Of a stretch of DNA of 64,000 bases, positions 12,169 to 27,044 are shown in pieces. The stretch is from assembly GCA_030141605.1 (NCBI GenBank), contig JAQGDQ010000611.1:64503-128502 (forward strand), given 5' to 3'. The number at the start of each line of letters is the position of its first letter. The stretch's first letter is position 1. Made by a program: the position numbers and the translations under genes. Origin of the DNA: Tubiluchus corallicola (lineage: Eukaryota; Animalia; Priapulida). The notes under the pieces are model-generated. The model had not been told where the DNA came from. It ran no database searches and was given only the letters and a program-made list of their open reading frames with translations.

Positions 12169-13309
12169 CAATCACATATGTACAGTTTTGCTGTACATCT
12201 TTCTTTTTGTCCATTTTGCTACATGCTATCTTTCCCTTGCATGTCCTTTTACCCTAATATCTAATTTTCTGTGATTTTTTAGATTTTTAACATTTTCTGC
12301 TGTAGTTTGAACTTCATTGCATTTGCGTGTGTGCGTGCGTGTGCGTACGTGTGCGTACGTGTGCGTGCGTGCGTGTGTTGCTTCTCCATGCTTCCTTTAC
12401 ATTGGCATATGTTTGTATAGATGTCTGCATACTCCTTCCCACTGAAGATAAGTAAAAGATTGCGCAGACAAAATGGCTGATTTTTAAGATTACGCAATGC
12501 ATGGAGTAGTTCAATTCCTTGCTTGCAACAGCAATACTTGCGGAATCGTTTTCGAAAGCTACCGTTTGTATATTGTTATTATGCATTTCTTGACAGTGAA
12601 TAACTCGAAGACCAAAGTACCAAGAGTCTCCAAATTTGCAGGGTAGTCACCTGAGGTAGGGGTGAGGCAAGGATGAAGTGACCTTCGACCTCTGTAATAT
12701 TTTTCGTATTTTAATGCTCTTAATAAAAAAGTTGTTTCTTTTACAATACAGTTAAGTGCATTTATAATTCAAAGCTTCAGGCAACAATGGCTGACGTATT
12801 CGCAAAAATTAGTTTTCACCAATGGAGGAAAGATGACGTAATAAGTTCACAAGTACTGTTAGTAACTCGCTCAAATTGTCAGTAGTAACATCACACCTTA
12901 CCAGTGCTTTTATAACGCTGAAAGTCAATTCATTTTGTTGGGTAAATTCTGTGATACTATTCTCAACGCTAAATAATACAACAAAGTAGCAGCGCCTTAG
13001 GTTCAAATTCGAGGTTATTAATCAGCGAAATCTGCCGGCGAATCACAGAATAAACAATTGAGCGTCATATTGCTCAAACTCTATGACTCGAGGCGCAGTG
13101 ACAGCTTTAAGATTTTGTTAACGGCAACAGCAACGTTATGAACTGAGAGCTGAAATTTCGAAATTACATTTGTCTGCTTAGATGATGATAGCAAAGACAG
13201 CGATAAGCATAACAGCAACATTACCAAGAACAACAACGGCAACAGCAGCACCAAATGCAACAGCAACATCAAGTGCTACAACTGCAACAGGGAAAGACAA
13301 CACCAACAG

Positions 13310-13447
13310 CAATAAAGATTAATGACAATGATAACGATAACCATAACCACAAACAACAACAACAAAACAGCAACAATAACAATAAAAGCAACTGGAGGAG
13401 CAGCAGCAGCAGCAGCAGCAACAACAACAACAGCTACAACAACAGCT

Positions 13448-13489
<42 letters not shown>

Positions 13490-13700
13490 CAACAACAACA
13501 ACAACCACAGCAACAACAACACAACAACAACAACAACAACAGCTACAACAACAACAACAACTACAACAACAACAACAACTACAACAACAACAACTACAAC
13601 AACAACAACAACAGCCACAACAACAACCACAGCAACAACAACAACAACAACAACAACAACTACAACTACGACAACCACAACAAACAACAACAACAACAAC

Positions 13701-13741
<41 letters not shown>

Positions 13742-13808
13742 AACAACAACAACAACAGCTACAACAACAACAAAAACAGCAACAACAACAACAACAACAT
13801 CAACAACA
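13310..13808. repeat. (AAC)n microsatellite
   Basis: Seen directly. Confidence 0.97.
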
Positions 13809-14270
13809 TTCAGATGATTTAAGATTTGGGCGAGCCTTCGACCAAAAATAGGACACAAGTAATTATTCTAGCGTGATTATACAATAGATTCTGCAAATGA
13901 GCTCAATTGCCGAAAAGAGTGAATTTTCACGTTCAAAAACGCATTAGTCTATAAATGTCACATCGCCAACGTACGCATAATAATTACACGTATTTCCAGG
14001 CAAAATCCCAGGTTCAAGCTGAGAAGACACGGCGATGCGCAATACTTAAAAATTTGCGCTTTCGCAGCTGGACGCAGACATTAATTGTAGACATTTGTCG
14101 TCAAAACGAAACCTGAAATGAATTCTACTAATGCTGTGACGTTTTGTCGATCGTACTCTTGCGTAAATGAGACAAAAATTAATAACGCACAAATCATTAG
14201 TTTTTGTAAGTACAATTCACATTATTTTATTGAATAACTTTGCAATATTTTCGTAAAAAATGCTTTTTAC

Positions 14271-14610
14271 ATTGCTAACATTTGATTGTTAGCTGTCTGG
14301 ATGTCTGAAAGGTTAAATAGGTAAATTTAGAACCTATTATTGCTAACATTTGATTGTTAGCTGTCTGGATGTCTGAAAGGTTAAATAGGTAAATTTAGAA
14401 CCTATTATTGCTAACATTTGATTGTTAGCTGTCTGGATGTCTGAAAGGTTAAATAAGTAAACTTAGAACCTATTATTGCTAACATTTGATTGTTAGCTGT
14501 CTGGATGTCTGAAAGGTTAAATAAGTAGACTTAGAATCTATTATTGCTAACATTTGATTGTTAGCTGTCTGGATGTCTGAAAGATTAAATAAGTAAACTT
14601 AGAACATATT
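14271..14610. repeat. 68-bp tandem repeat x5
   Basis: Units start at 14271, 14339, 14407, 14475, 14543. Confidence 0.95.
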
Positions 14611-14840
14611 ATGCTTAAAATAAATATAACTGCTTTTTAAAGTAGTTTTTATTCTGAATTACACAATTTGGGGCGGGGGGCATAATCTTTTCAGTGCATA
14701 GGGGGTCTTGCGGTCTTAATCCGACCCTGCTTTAAGCACATTTCAGCGTTGGACTCATTTCAGTTTTTGACCAAGCGACACATCCCTACAATGTCTGCAT
14801 CCAGTTGAGAGCGCGCAACTTTTAAACATCGCCGTTTCTC

Positions 14841-15462
14841 TTAATGGATGACAGGATGTTTTTTCATACACTACCCCATTTTCACGTCCGATAGAAAGTA
14901 TACATTTAACACAGTTAATACTGCAAAAGCATTTCTGATGATTAAATAATAGATTAAAAACTTAATTAACGGTGGGCGAGCCCAACTATTGATGACATAT
15001 TAAACTAACATTGTTTTCAACAACAAAAATATTTCACGAGTGTGATGCACGTGTTTGCGAAAGCGAAAGTATAGTGCTACTGTAAAATATTCAGTGTGTT
15101 GTACTAAAACTAGGCAAGTTTTAGGATAAAATTCAAATTTCAAATTTACCGCTGTCCTCAGAGCATGAAGTGTCAATAGTGTGTAGTTCGTCACAAACTA
15201 ACACGTTCGAATTGAGAGGTAGAGCACCTGTTTTTAGTGCAAAGCGTTTCCGAAATGCAGGTGCTAGCGCCCGTCTGACTAGAGAATGGCGAAAGGCATG
15301 TAACAGCGAAGCACTAGTGGCGCAAACGTGAAATTGTATTTGTGTGGTAATAATTCTTTCACGTGAGTTATTTTTGAAACAAAATAGTATGTTTCCTTTC
15401 AATATTTTAAAGAGTAGATTGCTTTCACCTACAGTTTAAGATTGGACCCGGTTTTGCTTTAA
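14841..15462 (-). mobile_element. Family A copy
   Basis: Reverse-complement match to 54460-55077, TTAA at both ends. Confidence 0.75.
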
Positions 15463-15494
15463 TACCACCTTCATCAGTGAGCATTGTTAATGTG

Positions 15495-16035
15495 CAATTT
15501 AATTTCCTAAAACTTATTTAAATATTGAAATGTATGCTTTTGTGAAATGTCAAAAGTAACAGTTTTTGCTGCCCAAGTTTTTAGCATCCTACGACTACAT
15601 CACGTATAAGTTTTAGTAATCATGCACTAAAAACTTTTATAAATCACCCATATATCAAGCCAAGTAACTCGCAAGTGTGTTCAGACTAGAGAGCAAAACT
15701 TGCTGTGAGTTACTCTCCAGCAGTAAGCACGAGCTGACACTCCCTTATCTATTCACCACGAGAAATCTCGAGAGTAACTCGACGAGTCATTCACACTAGA
15801 CAGTAACTTGCAAGTGTGTTCAGACTAGAGAGAAAAACTTGCTGTGAATTACTCTCCAACAGTAAGCACGAGCTGACACTCCCTTATCTATTCATAAGTG
15901 TCGAGAGTAACTCGCCGAGGCGTACACACTTGGCAGTAACTCATGGAAAATCATCTCGCAGAAACTGTGGAAGAGTTTGCAATTTCTTGCCGACAGTAAC
16001 TCACAAACCAGTTCACACTTGCGAGTTACTGCCAG
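15495..16035 (+). mobile_element. Partial copy of the 36555-37183 repeat
   Basis: Direct reverse-complement similarity, including an internal ~160-bp duplication. Confidence 0.55.
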
Positions 16036-16791
16036 GCAAAATATATACAATGCTAAAGAGGGATAACTCATACTTCTTCACTAGTAATACCACACCCTGC
16101 TAATAGCTGCTAATCAATTCAGTTGGTTAATTGAGTCAAAACACTTAATATCGCAAACTGAGTCTATTAGGCAGTGCCTACTACAGATAAAATCACAGTC
16201 ATCCTGGTTTACACATGACAATTTCTCCTAATTTTTTGCGGTTTCTTAGCACATTAATATTTAAAGCTCTCGCAGCCATTGCAGTGCATACTAAACTAAA
16301 TAGTGATGACTCATACTTCTTCACTAGTAATACTACATTCGTCCGCTATTATTACCTGAGCACAAAATTATAACATTTCTAGTAACAATTTCCTTATTTA
16401 TATTATCTATATAGTGGGAGCTCTTTATCAAATCGATGCTGTGCTTGTAATTAAGAACTTCAGAACTCTAAAATTCCACTAAGAAGCAGTAATTAAGAAA
16501 AAACTTACCTGTTTTTGACGAATGCGAAAATGAATGGTGACGATTTTTTGCTCCCGAACTTGTCGAAGATTTTTTCAGAAAAAGCAATCAGTGCAGGATT
16601 CAGTAAACTTGATTACCGGCAGGTTAGCTGAAGTACAAAGATGCTTAGAGTGTAATTAGGAAATACTGCCTCCACGGAGGCACATCTTAGCTGCGCGCGC
16701 AGCGGACTTTCTCCCACGCCTCACCTATTGCTTCTAGCGTTGGCATAAGTTTACGAGGAAAGAGATTTTTACAAGTAAGATGAGAGGAGAC

Positions 16792-16905
16792 CGGTAATAA
16801 AGTCACAGGTAAAAGAGTCACAGGTAATAAAGTCACAGGTAAAAGAGTCACAGGTAATAAAGTCACAGGTAAAAGAGTCACAGGTAAAAGAGTCACAAGT
16901 AATCA
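16792..16905. repeat. 15-bp alternating tandem repeat (gtcacaggtaataaa/gtcacaggtaaaaga) x7
   Basis: Seen directly; an inverted unit lies at ~17011-17028. Confidence 0.9.
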
Positions 16906-17380
16906 CAATTTTCGAACAAATTGTGAATGACTTGAATATCTTTGTGAGATTACAAATTTCTTTCTTGCTCAAAATTGTGATTTTTTTCCGGCCACCGTAA
17001 ATTAATCGACTTTTTCCTGTGACTTTTTCCCTAAGCAAAATTGTGATTGAATTATCCATATTTGGCAGATAGATGTAACTATGTCAATTAATGAAATTTA
17101 TTGCCGACTGGTTTCGAATAAACTGTTCATTGTCAAGGCATCTAAAACAAAGAATTTACCAGAATTTAGAAACAACGTCGTAATGCAGTTCAGTAGTTAG
17201 ATAGGCAAAAGATATATGATATAATATTATATAGATAGTTTAAAAAAATGTTACACTCCAGGCAAATTGTTAAATTATCTATATGCTATATCGTATACCT
17301 GGTTTAATCATATAGAGGACCTAGCTTAGTTTTGTTATCTATTCTGCACATTCGGGAACATGCATATTCAAATTTTGCTC

Positions 17381-18009
17381 TTAAAGGAAAACCAGACACC
17401 CATCTTAAATTATATATAGCTCAAAACACTCCACCCTTATAGGGTGGTTTGTTTTGAGCTATATAAACAATATAAGATATTGAAAGAAACATACTATTTT
17501 TTGAAGAATGAGTTACGTGAAAGAATTATTATCAAAACGGTAAATACGCGTTCGCACGACTAATTTTTCGCTGTTACATGCATTTCACCACTCACTAGTT
17601 AAATGGATACTAGCACCTGCATCTCGAAAACGCCTTCAGTCGCTGTACGTCTTAGTTCAGAGGTGTTCAATTGTGACGTACCGCACACGTTCGAGAGCTC
17701 ATGCGTAAGCAAAGCGGTCAACTTCAAATTGAGTTTTAAAAATAAATTTTGTCGAGTTTTCGTATATCACACTGAATGTACTTCAATTTTGGCTTTCGCA
17801 AACACGTACAACACGGTCAGGGAAAACTTGTGCTGATGAAAATTATGCTCAGTTATGACGTCATCACTAACTGAACTCACCGGCCGTTAATTAAGTTTTT
17901 AACCTGTTATCAGAATTAGTTATCAGAAACATTTTGACATTAAAATGTATACTTTCTACCGTACTTCAAAATGGGGTAAGATATGAAAAATCATCTTGTT
18001 TTCCTTTAA
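17381..18009 (+). mobile_element. Family A diverged copy
   Basis: ttaaaggaaaac...gttttcctttaa termini and shared internal sequence. Confidence 0.7.
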
Positions 18010-18629
18010 AGTAACTTGCAAAGATTAATATATTATTGTGCAGCCATTATTATTCATTATGACACTTGTTTTGCAAAGGAAAGCAAACTAAGTCTACTGT
18101 ACTGACAGTTACCTTGAACTTTTCCAGTTTTCAACAATGTCATCTTACTAAGTTTAAACCAACTTCTCTTAGAATTTTATCACACAATTAGTAGGTTCCC
18201 CGATTTTTAAATGAAGCCATATTTATTGGCTGTGCACGTTAACAACGCATGTTATTTGCTTTAAAATCTCATTTATGAAGTTAAGCAAAGTGTTATTTAA
18301 ATTCTTTATTACGTTATGAATATTTAAAATGATGAATTACTGACCGAAAGAACAATATTAGCTTCTTGAAATCTCTTTCTATTTCTGTTTCTGTTTGCTT
18401 TCAGTGTTGGCAACTTGCCAAAATCTAAATTAAACTGATCAAAGCCGGATTTTTCTATAAAGATCAATTTCGCCGCATCTCAAATAATTACCCCACCCCA
18501 GCAGGTGTGAGTTACAAAGCGGAAATAATTATTTTACCTGTTAGGTAACCTCTAGTTCATGATGCTTCAGGTGTTAAGTGTCAGCCTACACACAGTAGAG
18601 TATAAGTCAGTGATTAAAGTAACCTCGAA

Positions 18630-19036
18630 CCAACTCACTAACCAACCAACCGATCAAAACGAAGCAAGCAACCAACCAACCAAGCATTCAACTAACCAGT
18701 CGGCTAGCTAATCATTCAACCAGCAAACGAAGCAGCTTTAATCCCTCAAACTAACCAGCAAAATTATCAACCTACCCACCAACGAACCATCTATCCAACG
18801 AGCCAGTCAGTTAGCCAATCAATCAACAAAGAAACCAGATAGCCAATCAACAAACCAAATCAACCATGCAGCTAGCCAAGCAACCAATCAACCAACAGGA
18901 CAGCAAACTACCCAAACAAAGAAATGCACATTCCACAAGCAAACAATTGGCCTGCTAGCTATCAGTTAGTTAGTCAGTGAGTCTGCCAATCAATTAATCA
19001 ATCAATCAATCAGTCAATCAATCAATCAATCAATCG

Positions 19037-19092
<56 letters not shown>

Positions 19093-19265
19093 GTCGATAA
19101 ATCAATCAATCAATAAGTCAGTCAAGCAATCAATCAATCAGTCAATCAAATAATTAGTTAGTTAATCAGTTAGTCAGTCAGTCAGTCAATAAGTCAGTCA
19201 GTCAGCCAACCAGGAAGTTAGTCAGTTTGTTAATCAGTCAGTTAGTCAACCAAACAAGCAACCAA
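18630..19265. repeat. Degenerate (CCAA)/(CAAT)/(CAGT)n tract
   Basis: Seen directly. Confidence 0.9.
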
Positions 19266-20829
19266 GTAAAATGCAATTAATAGTTGAGGAAAAATCTAAA
19301 CCTTTGTCCTTAGTTTAACTGCAGCAACTGTTGTAACTGTTAAACATATTTTAAAATTATTTCTTTAAAAAAGCCAACGGAATATGTCACACCCTCACAG
19401 TGCGTTTCCTTTTTATAGTCTTTATTTTCTTGACTCGCCTCCAGGGATACACCCACTTAACTAAGATAAATAAAATCTTGAAGCCAAACAGAGCTTTTCA
19501 TTGACAATATAACTTGACTTAAAATTCATGATCGATGACAACGATTATGATGGTGGTTGTTATGGTGTTGGTGGTGGTGGTGGTTTTGATAGTGATGGCG
19601 ATGGTGATGATGATGATGACGTTACAACGGCGGTTTAGCAAAATGCATGATTTCATACTGCCACCCCTCACGTAGGAATTGGTCTAGTCCATTACAAGGT
19701 CATTTTCAAGCCTAGTATGGATGAACTTAGTCCCTTGGACTAGTCTAGTAACATTCCGAATACTTGTTTCCGCGAGCCGGCACAACAAATTCAAATATAG
19801 TGTGGTTTTCCAGGTAGTGCCAGGTAGTGCCAATTTACATTCAATGTATTTTGCGAATAACACTAAAAGACCCTTATAAGTTGCAAATAATCTGAAACCA
19901 AAACCTCTCTTCTTTTTATGTTGTCAAGAGTTTTAATACTGGACGAGACAAGTACTCGGCCAATTTTGTAGTGTGAACGAAGCTTAAGATAGTTCCAAAT
20001 TTAATAATGAAAGCAATAAGTCGTTTTCTTTAACACATCCAAATTCGCTAGAATCTTTCTAGTTTTACTTAAAATGTTACTAAAGGAAAGTGTACATCTG
20101 CCTGCATCGCATACCCTATACCTGTTTGTTACAGTTTCAACAATTTTAGCCGTAATTCTGTTCTTTCTTTCATGTGTGACAAAAGTAAAACATGCGTGTA
20201 GAATGAGAGTAAATCCAGAACCCTCGTCACACCGTATCATAAACTTTAATTTACTCTGTTCGCAAAGCCCCCGAGCAGCGCACGACAATCAGCTCTCACC
20301 GAAAAAGAAGTAATTTCGTCTTTGCCAGATCTAGCGAGCCTACGTAATCTCCTATTGCACACACCGTGCTTGAAATGAAATTTTTCATATACGAGAAATA
20401 ATGTATGTCGCGTTAGCGTCACATAGATCTCGGTGAAGCCATTTGTAAATTTATGCGAGAAGACGACGGGTTACCCGAAGTGGTTTGTGTTACGCCTCGT
20501 TGAGCACGAATTCGCTGTCTCAAGTGCGATTCTTAAGCGTCAAAATTCGACAAGAAAAACTACAGAAAAGCTGTAAATTTTTACTGATTCGTATGATAAC
20601 GTCAACTGCTGTTATTTTCGGAGAATTTCTCTGCATATCAAGTTTATGTAAACCGAGTTAGTCGCCCCAAGTAACTGCCATTTTCTAGTTTCCGCGAAGT
20701 TCGCCTACTTGCGTTTCTACTGATCTGATTACAGCGCTATTTAAAAAACACGCGTTCCATTGATTATAATTAGTAACCGGTTTTAATTAGTTAATTAACG
20801 GCGCGGTACTGTAAAATAGATTTGTTAGT

Positions 20830-21430
20830 TTAAACATAATTTATTTAAGATTGGATCAGACAGTTTGAACAACATGATTTAGGAACCTCACCACAACAGA
20901 CTTTATACAAGAACATTTACAGTAAAAATTGACTATAACTACACAAGCTAACAAGTTTTACTACAAGATTACATTAGATATTAGTAACATTTACAGTAAG
21001 AATTGACTATAACTACACAAGCTAACAAGTTTTACTACAAGATTACATTAGATATTAGTAACATTTACAGTAAGAATTGACTATAACTACACAAGCTGAC
21101 AAGTTTTACTACAGGATTACATTAGACATTAGTAGAAAATGACGGTTAGAAAATATTAATGTACGATTATTTAAGACTGATGCATTTTATATCAGATAGA
21201 AACTAATGGAAGCGTTTAGTACGTAATATAAAGTCATGTATGCATTGGAATATTTTACAGTTAGCAACATAGTTAAATTCATCTTTTCCGAATAATAACA
21301 ACTTTAACAGATCATTAGTTCCTAAGGCAGCTATATTAAGGTTTTCGGGCAGAAGTATTTCATTTAATTTATCAAACATAACAACCCTAGTTTGTTGATA
21401 CAATGGGCAGTTCAACAAAATAGATTTGTT
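20830..21430 (-). mobile_element. CR1/L2-group LINE 3' end
   Basis: ILLNCPLYQQTR...LLLFGKDEF...NCKIFQCIHDFILRTKRF* is a typical ORF2 C-terminus, followed by a 3' UTR. Confidence 0.75.
20912..21133. repeat. 74-bp tandem repeat x3 within the LINE 3' UTR
   Basis: Units at 20912, 20986, 21060. Confidence 0.93.
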
Positions 21431-21559
21431 TAAAATAGTCGTAAAGAAATGCGAAGTAAAGAATTGACCTGACACGCCTATTTAGCTGAGAATACTTGGC
21501 ACAAAAAATTAAGAAGGATGACAAAAGTTGAACAGAGTTGCAGAAGATCTACAGTTTTG

Positions 21560-22315
21560 CATACTAGTTCCAGTTTCTGCAGTTTTTTCGGAAAAAGGAT
21601 CTGATATCATTTCCAAGTTGCTCCACGACAAAAAAGCTGTTAATTTAAAAACTCTAGTTCTTTTAACTTTGTAAAAAAGGAACTAATTCCATTCCCAAGT
21701 TCCTCCGCGACCAATGGGACTAATTCAACGTTCCCAGATACCCTAACGTTTTAGAAAGGGAACTAGTTCCAGTCCCGGTTCCTCCGTAATAAAAGAAACT
21801 AATTCAAAGATTCTAGATCCTCTAACTTTGCAGAAAAGGAACTATTTCCAGTTCCGGGTTCCTCCATGACAAAAGGAATCAATTCAACATTCCTAGCTTC
21901 CCTAACTTTTTAGAATGGAATCTATTTCAAGTTCCAGTTCCTACGTGACAAAAGGAACTAATTCAAAGTTTCTAAATCTTCTAACCTTACAGAAAAGTTC
22001 CAGTGCCGTAACATAGGGAACTAATTCAAAGTTTCTAGTTCCTCTAAATTTTAGAAAAGGAGCTAGTTCAACATTCCTAGTTACACTAACTTTTTAGAAA
22101 GGGATCTAGTTCAGATTCCGAGTTCCTCCGTGACAAAAGGAACTAAGTCAACATTTCTAGCTTCCCTAACTTTTTAGGAAAGGAACCGGTTCCAGACCCG
22201 AGTTTCTCCGTGACAAAAATAACTAATTCAAAGTTCCTAGTTCTTCTAAATTTTAGAAAATAAACTAGTTCCATTTTGTTGTAATGAACTAGATCCAGTT
22301 TTAGAAGGAACTAGC
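21560..22315. repeat. Degenerate tandem array built on (g)gaactagttc/gaactaattc palindromic cores
   Basis: Alternating ~40-bp subunits, ~80-bp higher-order period. Confidence 0.8.
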
Positions 22316-23562
22316 TGCATGAACAAAGATCATTTACAACAATGTAACCATAAAACGTTCAACGTGAGAAACAGACAAAAGAAATAAGAAAAAACAACAT
22401 TATAAGAAATAAGAAGAAAAACAAACAGGAGAAAAAACGTGTGTTCAATAGATGGAAAAATGACAAGAAAAAGCGAAAAATACAACTTTTCGGACAGAAA
22501 GAAGCGAACAAATGGAGGAGAGAAAAAACACCTAAAGAAAGACGAGGAAAAACAAATCAGAAAAAAGAGGTCGCAACTACTCTTTACTTTTTTACATACT
22601 ATATGAACAAAATTAGTAAAGACACTGACCACTCACTGCAAGCGGCTGCAAAGTTGTTATTTTATTTTGTTAAAATAGTTCTTCTGTTTCCTTCTTGCAT
22701 TTACTTTTAATGGAAACGTAAATCAATAACTAATTGAAAACAAAATAAATTAGAACCAAGATGAAGGAGACGAAGAAAATGAGAAGAAAGAAAAATAAGA
22801 ATCAGAGACGGAGAACGAAAGACTTTGTTAAAACAAGACGAAGAAACAGAAAAGAAGAAAAAGAAAGAGACATTAAGATTTGCTTTTACATTTAACTTTA
22901 GCTGACGCTTAAGTGTGGTGGTAAAAAATTACGGAAGTGGTGCTGACAAGCCTCTGGCAGAGAAGTGTCTAGTATTTGCTGGACTAACTGCTGTGTTTAC
23001 CCATCTTGAGAGCAGATTTCTTTATTTTAGAATTCTACTTGCCCAATGTGTACAATAGACGTAATGGTTTTTCCATGACGATAGAAGCAAGAAAAACGAA
23101 AAAGAAGAAAAAAGAAAAAGACTACCGTCAAGATTGTGGCTTTGCATTTAACTTAAGCTATTCTTATTATCTTATCTCATTTACCACACAGTTTTTCCTG
23201 ATTTTTCTTTCTTGCGTCGCATTACAAGATGGCGCCACTCAGACCGCAGCCATATTTGCTCAACCGCTAAATCGCCATCATCAGTTACACTTAATGTTGC
23301 ATCAGCATTCTAGTGTTCCCTTTATCTATCAGTCAATATGCGCTTGCAAATAGCATCATCTGGACAAACACATGGCTATCAAGTACCGCTTGTATTTTTG
23401 AGCATCACTTATTAGCACAGAAGACTGGAGGAAGTTTCACAGGAGGTAAGGGCAGAGAAGGAATTTACTCTGAAAATTTAAATTTCCTAAGTTGTGCTAG
23501 CCTGTGTGATTTCTAAATAAGTGCAAGCAACGGGTAACATCATTATAAAGATATAGACTGCC

Positions 23563-24252
<690 letters not shown>

Positions 24253-25239
24253 ATGCGTAAAGTGCAATTATTTTGACGTTAAGTTATTTGAAACAAGCTT
24301 AAATAACATTACGTAAAATCTGAAAAATACTAAAAGAATTCGTTACTTTATCTTCTCAATAAGATGAATAATTTTTTTGTGAATCAGTGGTGCACACTGG
24401 GTTGGCGACGCAGTGCTGTTTCATCAGTTGGCGCGAACAATTTAAATTATTAAGAATTTTTCCAACTACATAAGTCTTTCAAACAGGTAAGCTTAATATA
24501 ACTTTGCATGGAAAGTACATCGGGACATACAACACATTAAAATTCCCATTTCTTCCTCTTTAATTCCACAGTTTTTCCAATTTGCATTAGTGCAGGATGC
24601 ATGTTAATTTCAAACAATACTCTTTCTTTATTTTTATTTCAACCCCACAGTGTTTTGAGAGTCAAGTTAGCATATTTGTAATGATGCTGTACATAACGTT
24701 GTTTAGCCACCAGTATTAAATGAAGTAGCGATATCACTATCTTTGTTTATCATAGTTCGACCTATGTCTAAGGACAGTTTAAATTATTTTTTCCAAAATT
24801 TGCTTCCTATTACGTATCTTACTGTTTGTTATTCAATGAATTATTGATAACTTTTCGTTTCTTTTAATGTATTAATTGTGTATTTGTTTTGATGTGAAAT
24901 AGATAAACAATAAAAAACAATGTACAGTATAATTATTACTAGTGAGCACCTCTCTAGGTGCGTTTTGTTATTCATGCATCATTACCTTGACCATTTAATG
25001 GTGTGTGGCAAATAGGTGATCCTATTTAACGCATTTAGAGGCACACGTTACAGCCAATTAACGTCTCATACGGAAAGACATTAAGTTGGTCGTTAAGAAG
25101 CTTCCCTCATATAAGGAAGTTCTTGTCAGTGAGAACAATACACACTTCACTGCAGTAACAAAGAACGTAGACATCGACAATAAAAAAGCTTTGCTTTGGA
25201 ACAAAAACTATTGGACAATCTCGTTCTAAAACTATTTTA

Positions 25240-26050
25240 GAGCAACAACGACGACAATGACAACAATGACGATGACTATAATTAAGAGAAGTGACAGCAA
25301 CAGTAAAAGCAAGACCAAAAACAAGTCCAAGACAAAAGAAGCAAGAACAAGCACAAGAACAAGGACAAGGACAAAAAACACGAGCAAGACAAAGAGCAGA
25401 CTAAAGAACACCAGGAGCAGGAACAACCGTAAAAGCAGAGCTAGACCAAGAACAACAGAAGCACACACAAGAGGAAAAGCAAGACAAGAACAAGGACAAA
25501 AGCATGAACAAGACCGAGAACAGAATCAAGCACAAGAACAAAAACGTGAAAAAGACCAATGACAACAGGAGAAAGAACAATAGTAAAAAAAGAACAAAAA
25601 CAACAGAAGCAAGCAAGAGAGAAAAAACAGGAACAACTCCAAGGACAACAGGAGCAAGAACAACAGTAAGAGCAGAACAGGAACAAGAACAAAAAAGCAA
25701 GCACAAGAGAAAAACAAAAACAAGACCAAGGACAACAGGAAGAAGAACAACAGAAGAAAGCACAAGAAGGAAAACATGAACAAGACCAAGGACGACAGGG
25801 GCAAGAACAACAGTAAGAGTAGAAAAAGAACAAAAATACCAATACGCAAAAGCAAGAACAAGAAAAAGAACAACAGAAGCAAGAGCAAAGAAGCAAGAAC
25901 AAGAACAAGAGCAGGAACAACAACAGCAAAAACAAGAAGCAGAGTGAAACAAAGACAAAGAGTTGCACAAGTACTGCTATGGCCACATCAAGAGCAACAA
26001 TGACTGCAGCAACAACAACAACAATGACAGCACACAGAATCACGAAGAAC
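25240..26050. repeat. Degenerate (ACAAGA)n-type low-complexity tract
   Basis: Seen directly; source of spurious K/T/R-rich ORFs. Confidence 0.85.
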
Positions 26051-26615
26051 ACAGGAAATGCTAAATGACTAAACTTTGAGGTTTATAAATTTGTGTCGGT
26101 AAATCTTGCGCAGAGTAAATGGCTTCACCACTTTTCTTGGCGTATTGAGCTCCTTTCTCTGGCTTCCCGGCATCAAAACTAATACGCGAGAAGCCTTACT
26201 CAAACCTACGCGTTTGGACGTCTCCAGGTCACGTGATCACGTCGAGATGACGCATTTAAGGAGCGACGTAGGTCTATTAATAATAAGAAAATAAATGCAA
26301 GTTAAACGGAAAAGTCGTTTTCACGGTTTCGTTACTGTAAAAAATAAAGCGTTACGAATGATATGCAAGCCAAATTGATTTTAGATTTGATTTTTTACAG
26401 TATGTTTCCCAGTTACTGATATTCTGAAAATCATTTCACTAAGAACAATGAATTCTACAGAAGAACAAATAAGTGAAAAGGAAAAGCAGGAAGAAGAAGA
26501 GAAAACTCTCATGATATGTTTGTGAAAATTGATGACGATGCTTAATATTTTATTTTAAAAAACGCATTTACATGAATGGACCTCTAGTTGCCTCAAAGTT
26601 TAACTTAATAAAGTA

Positions 26616-26638
26616 CGCACACACACACACGCATACAT

Positions 26639-26683
<45 letters not shown>

Positions 26684-26810
26684 CCCTCTCACACACACGC
26701 ATGCACACACACACACGCACACACACACACACGCACACACCCTCACAAACACACACATGCACACACACACATGCACGCACACACGCACACACGCACACGC
26801 ACACACACAC
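26616..26810. repeat. (CA)n microsatellite
   Basis: Seen directly. Confidence 0.97.
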
Positions 26811-27044
26811 GTGGGAAATGTGGGAAACAAAAAACTTGAAACTTGAAACTCTGCTTGAAATTTAAATTTTTAAACTTAAAATTTACCGGGTTTTTGTATA
26901 TCACACTGAATATTGTACAGTAGCACTGTACTTCAATTTCCGCTTTTGCAAACACGTGTAACCCGCTCATGGAATGTTTGTGCTATTGAAAATTATGTTC
27001 AGTTGTGACGTCATCGCTAATTGGGCTCCCCGGCCTTTACTTAA

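Noticed and set aside
12279-13006. Protein-like minus-strand ORFs (12809-13006, 12314-12586)
   Set aside because: No recognisable family, interrupted by stops, no consistent splice structure
13255-13858. PolyQ/N/T ORFs
   Set aside because: (AAC)n tract, no splice or homology support
25232-26052. K/R/T-rich and hydrophobic ORFs
   Set aside because: Degenerate ACAAGA low-complexity DNA open in many frames
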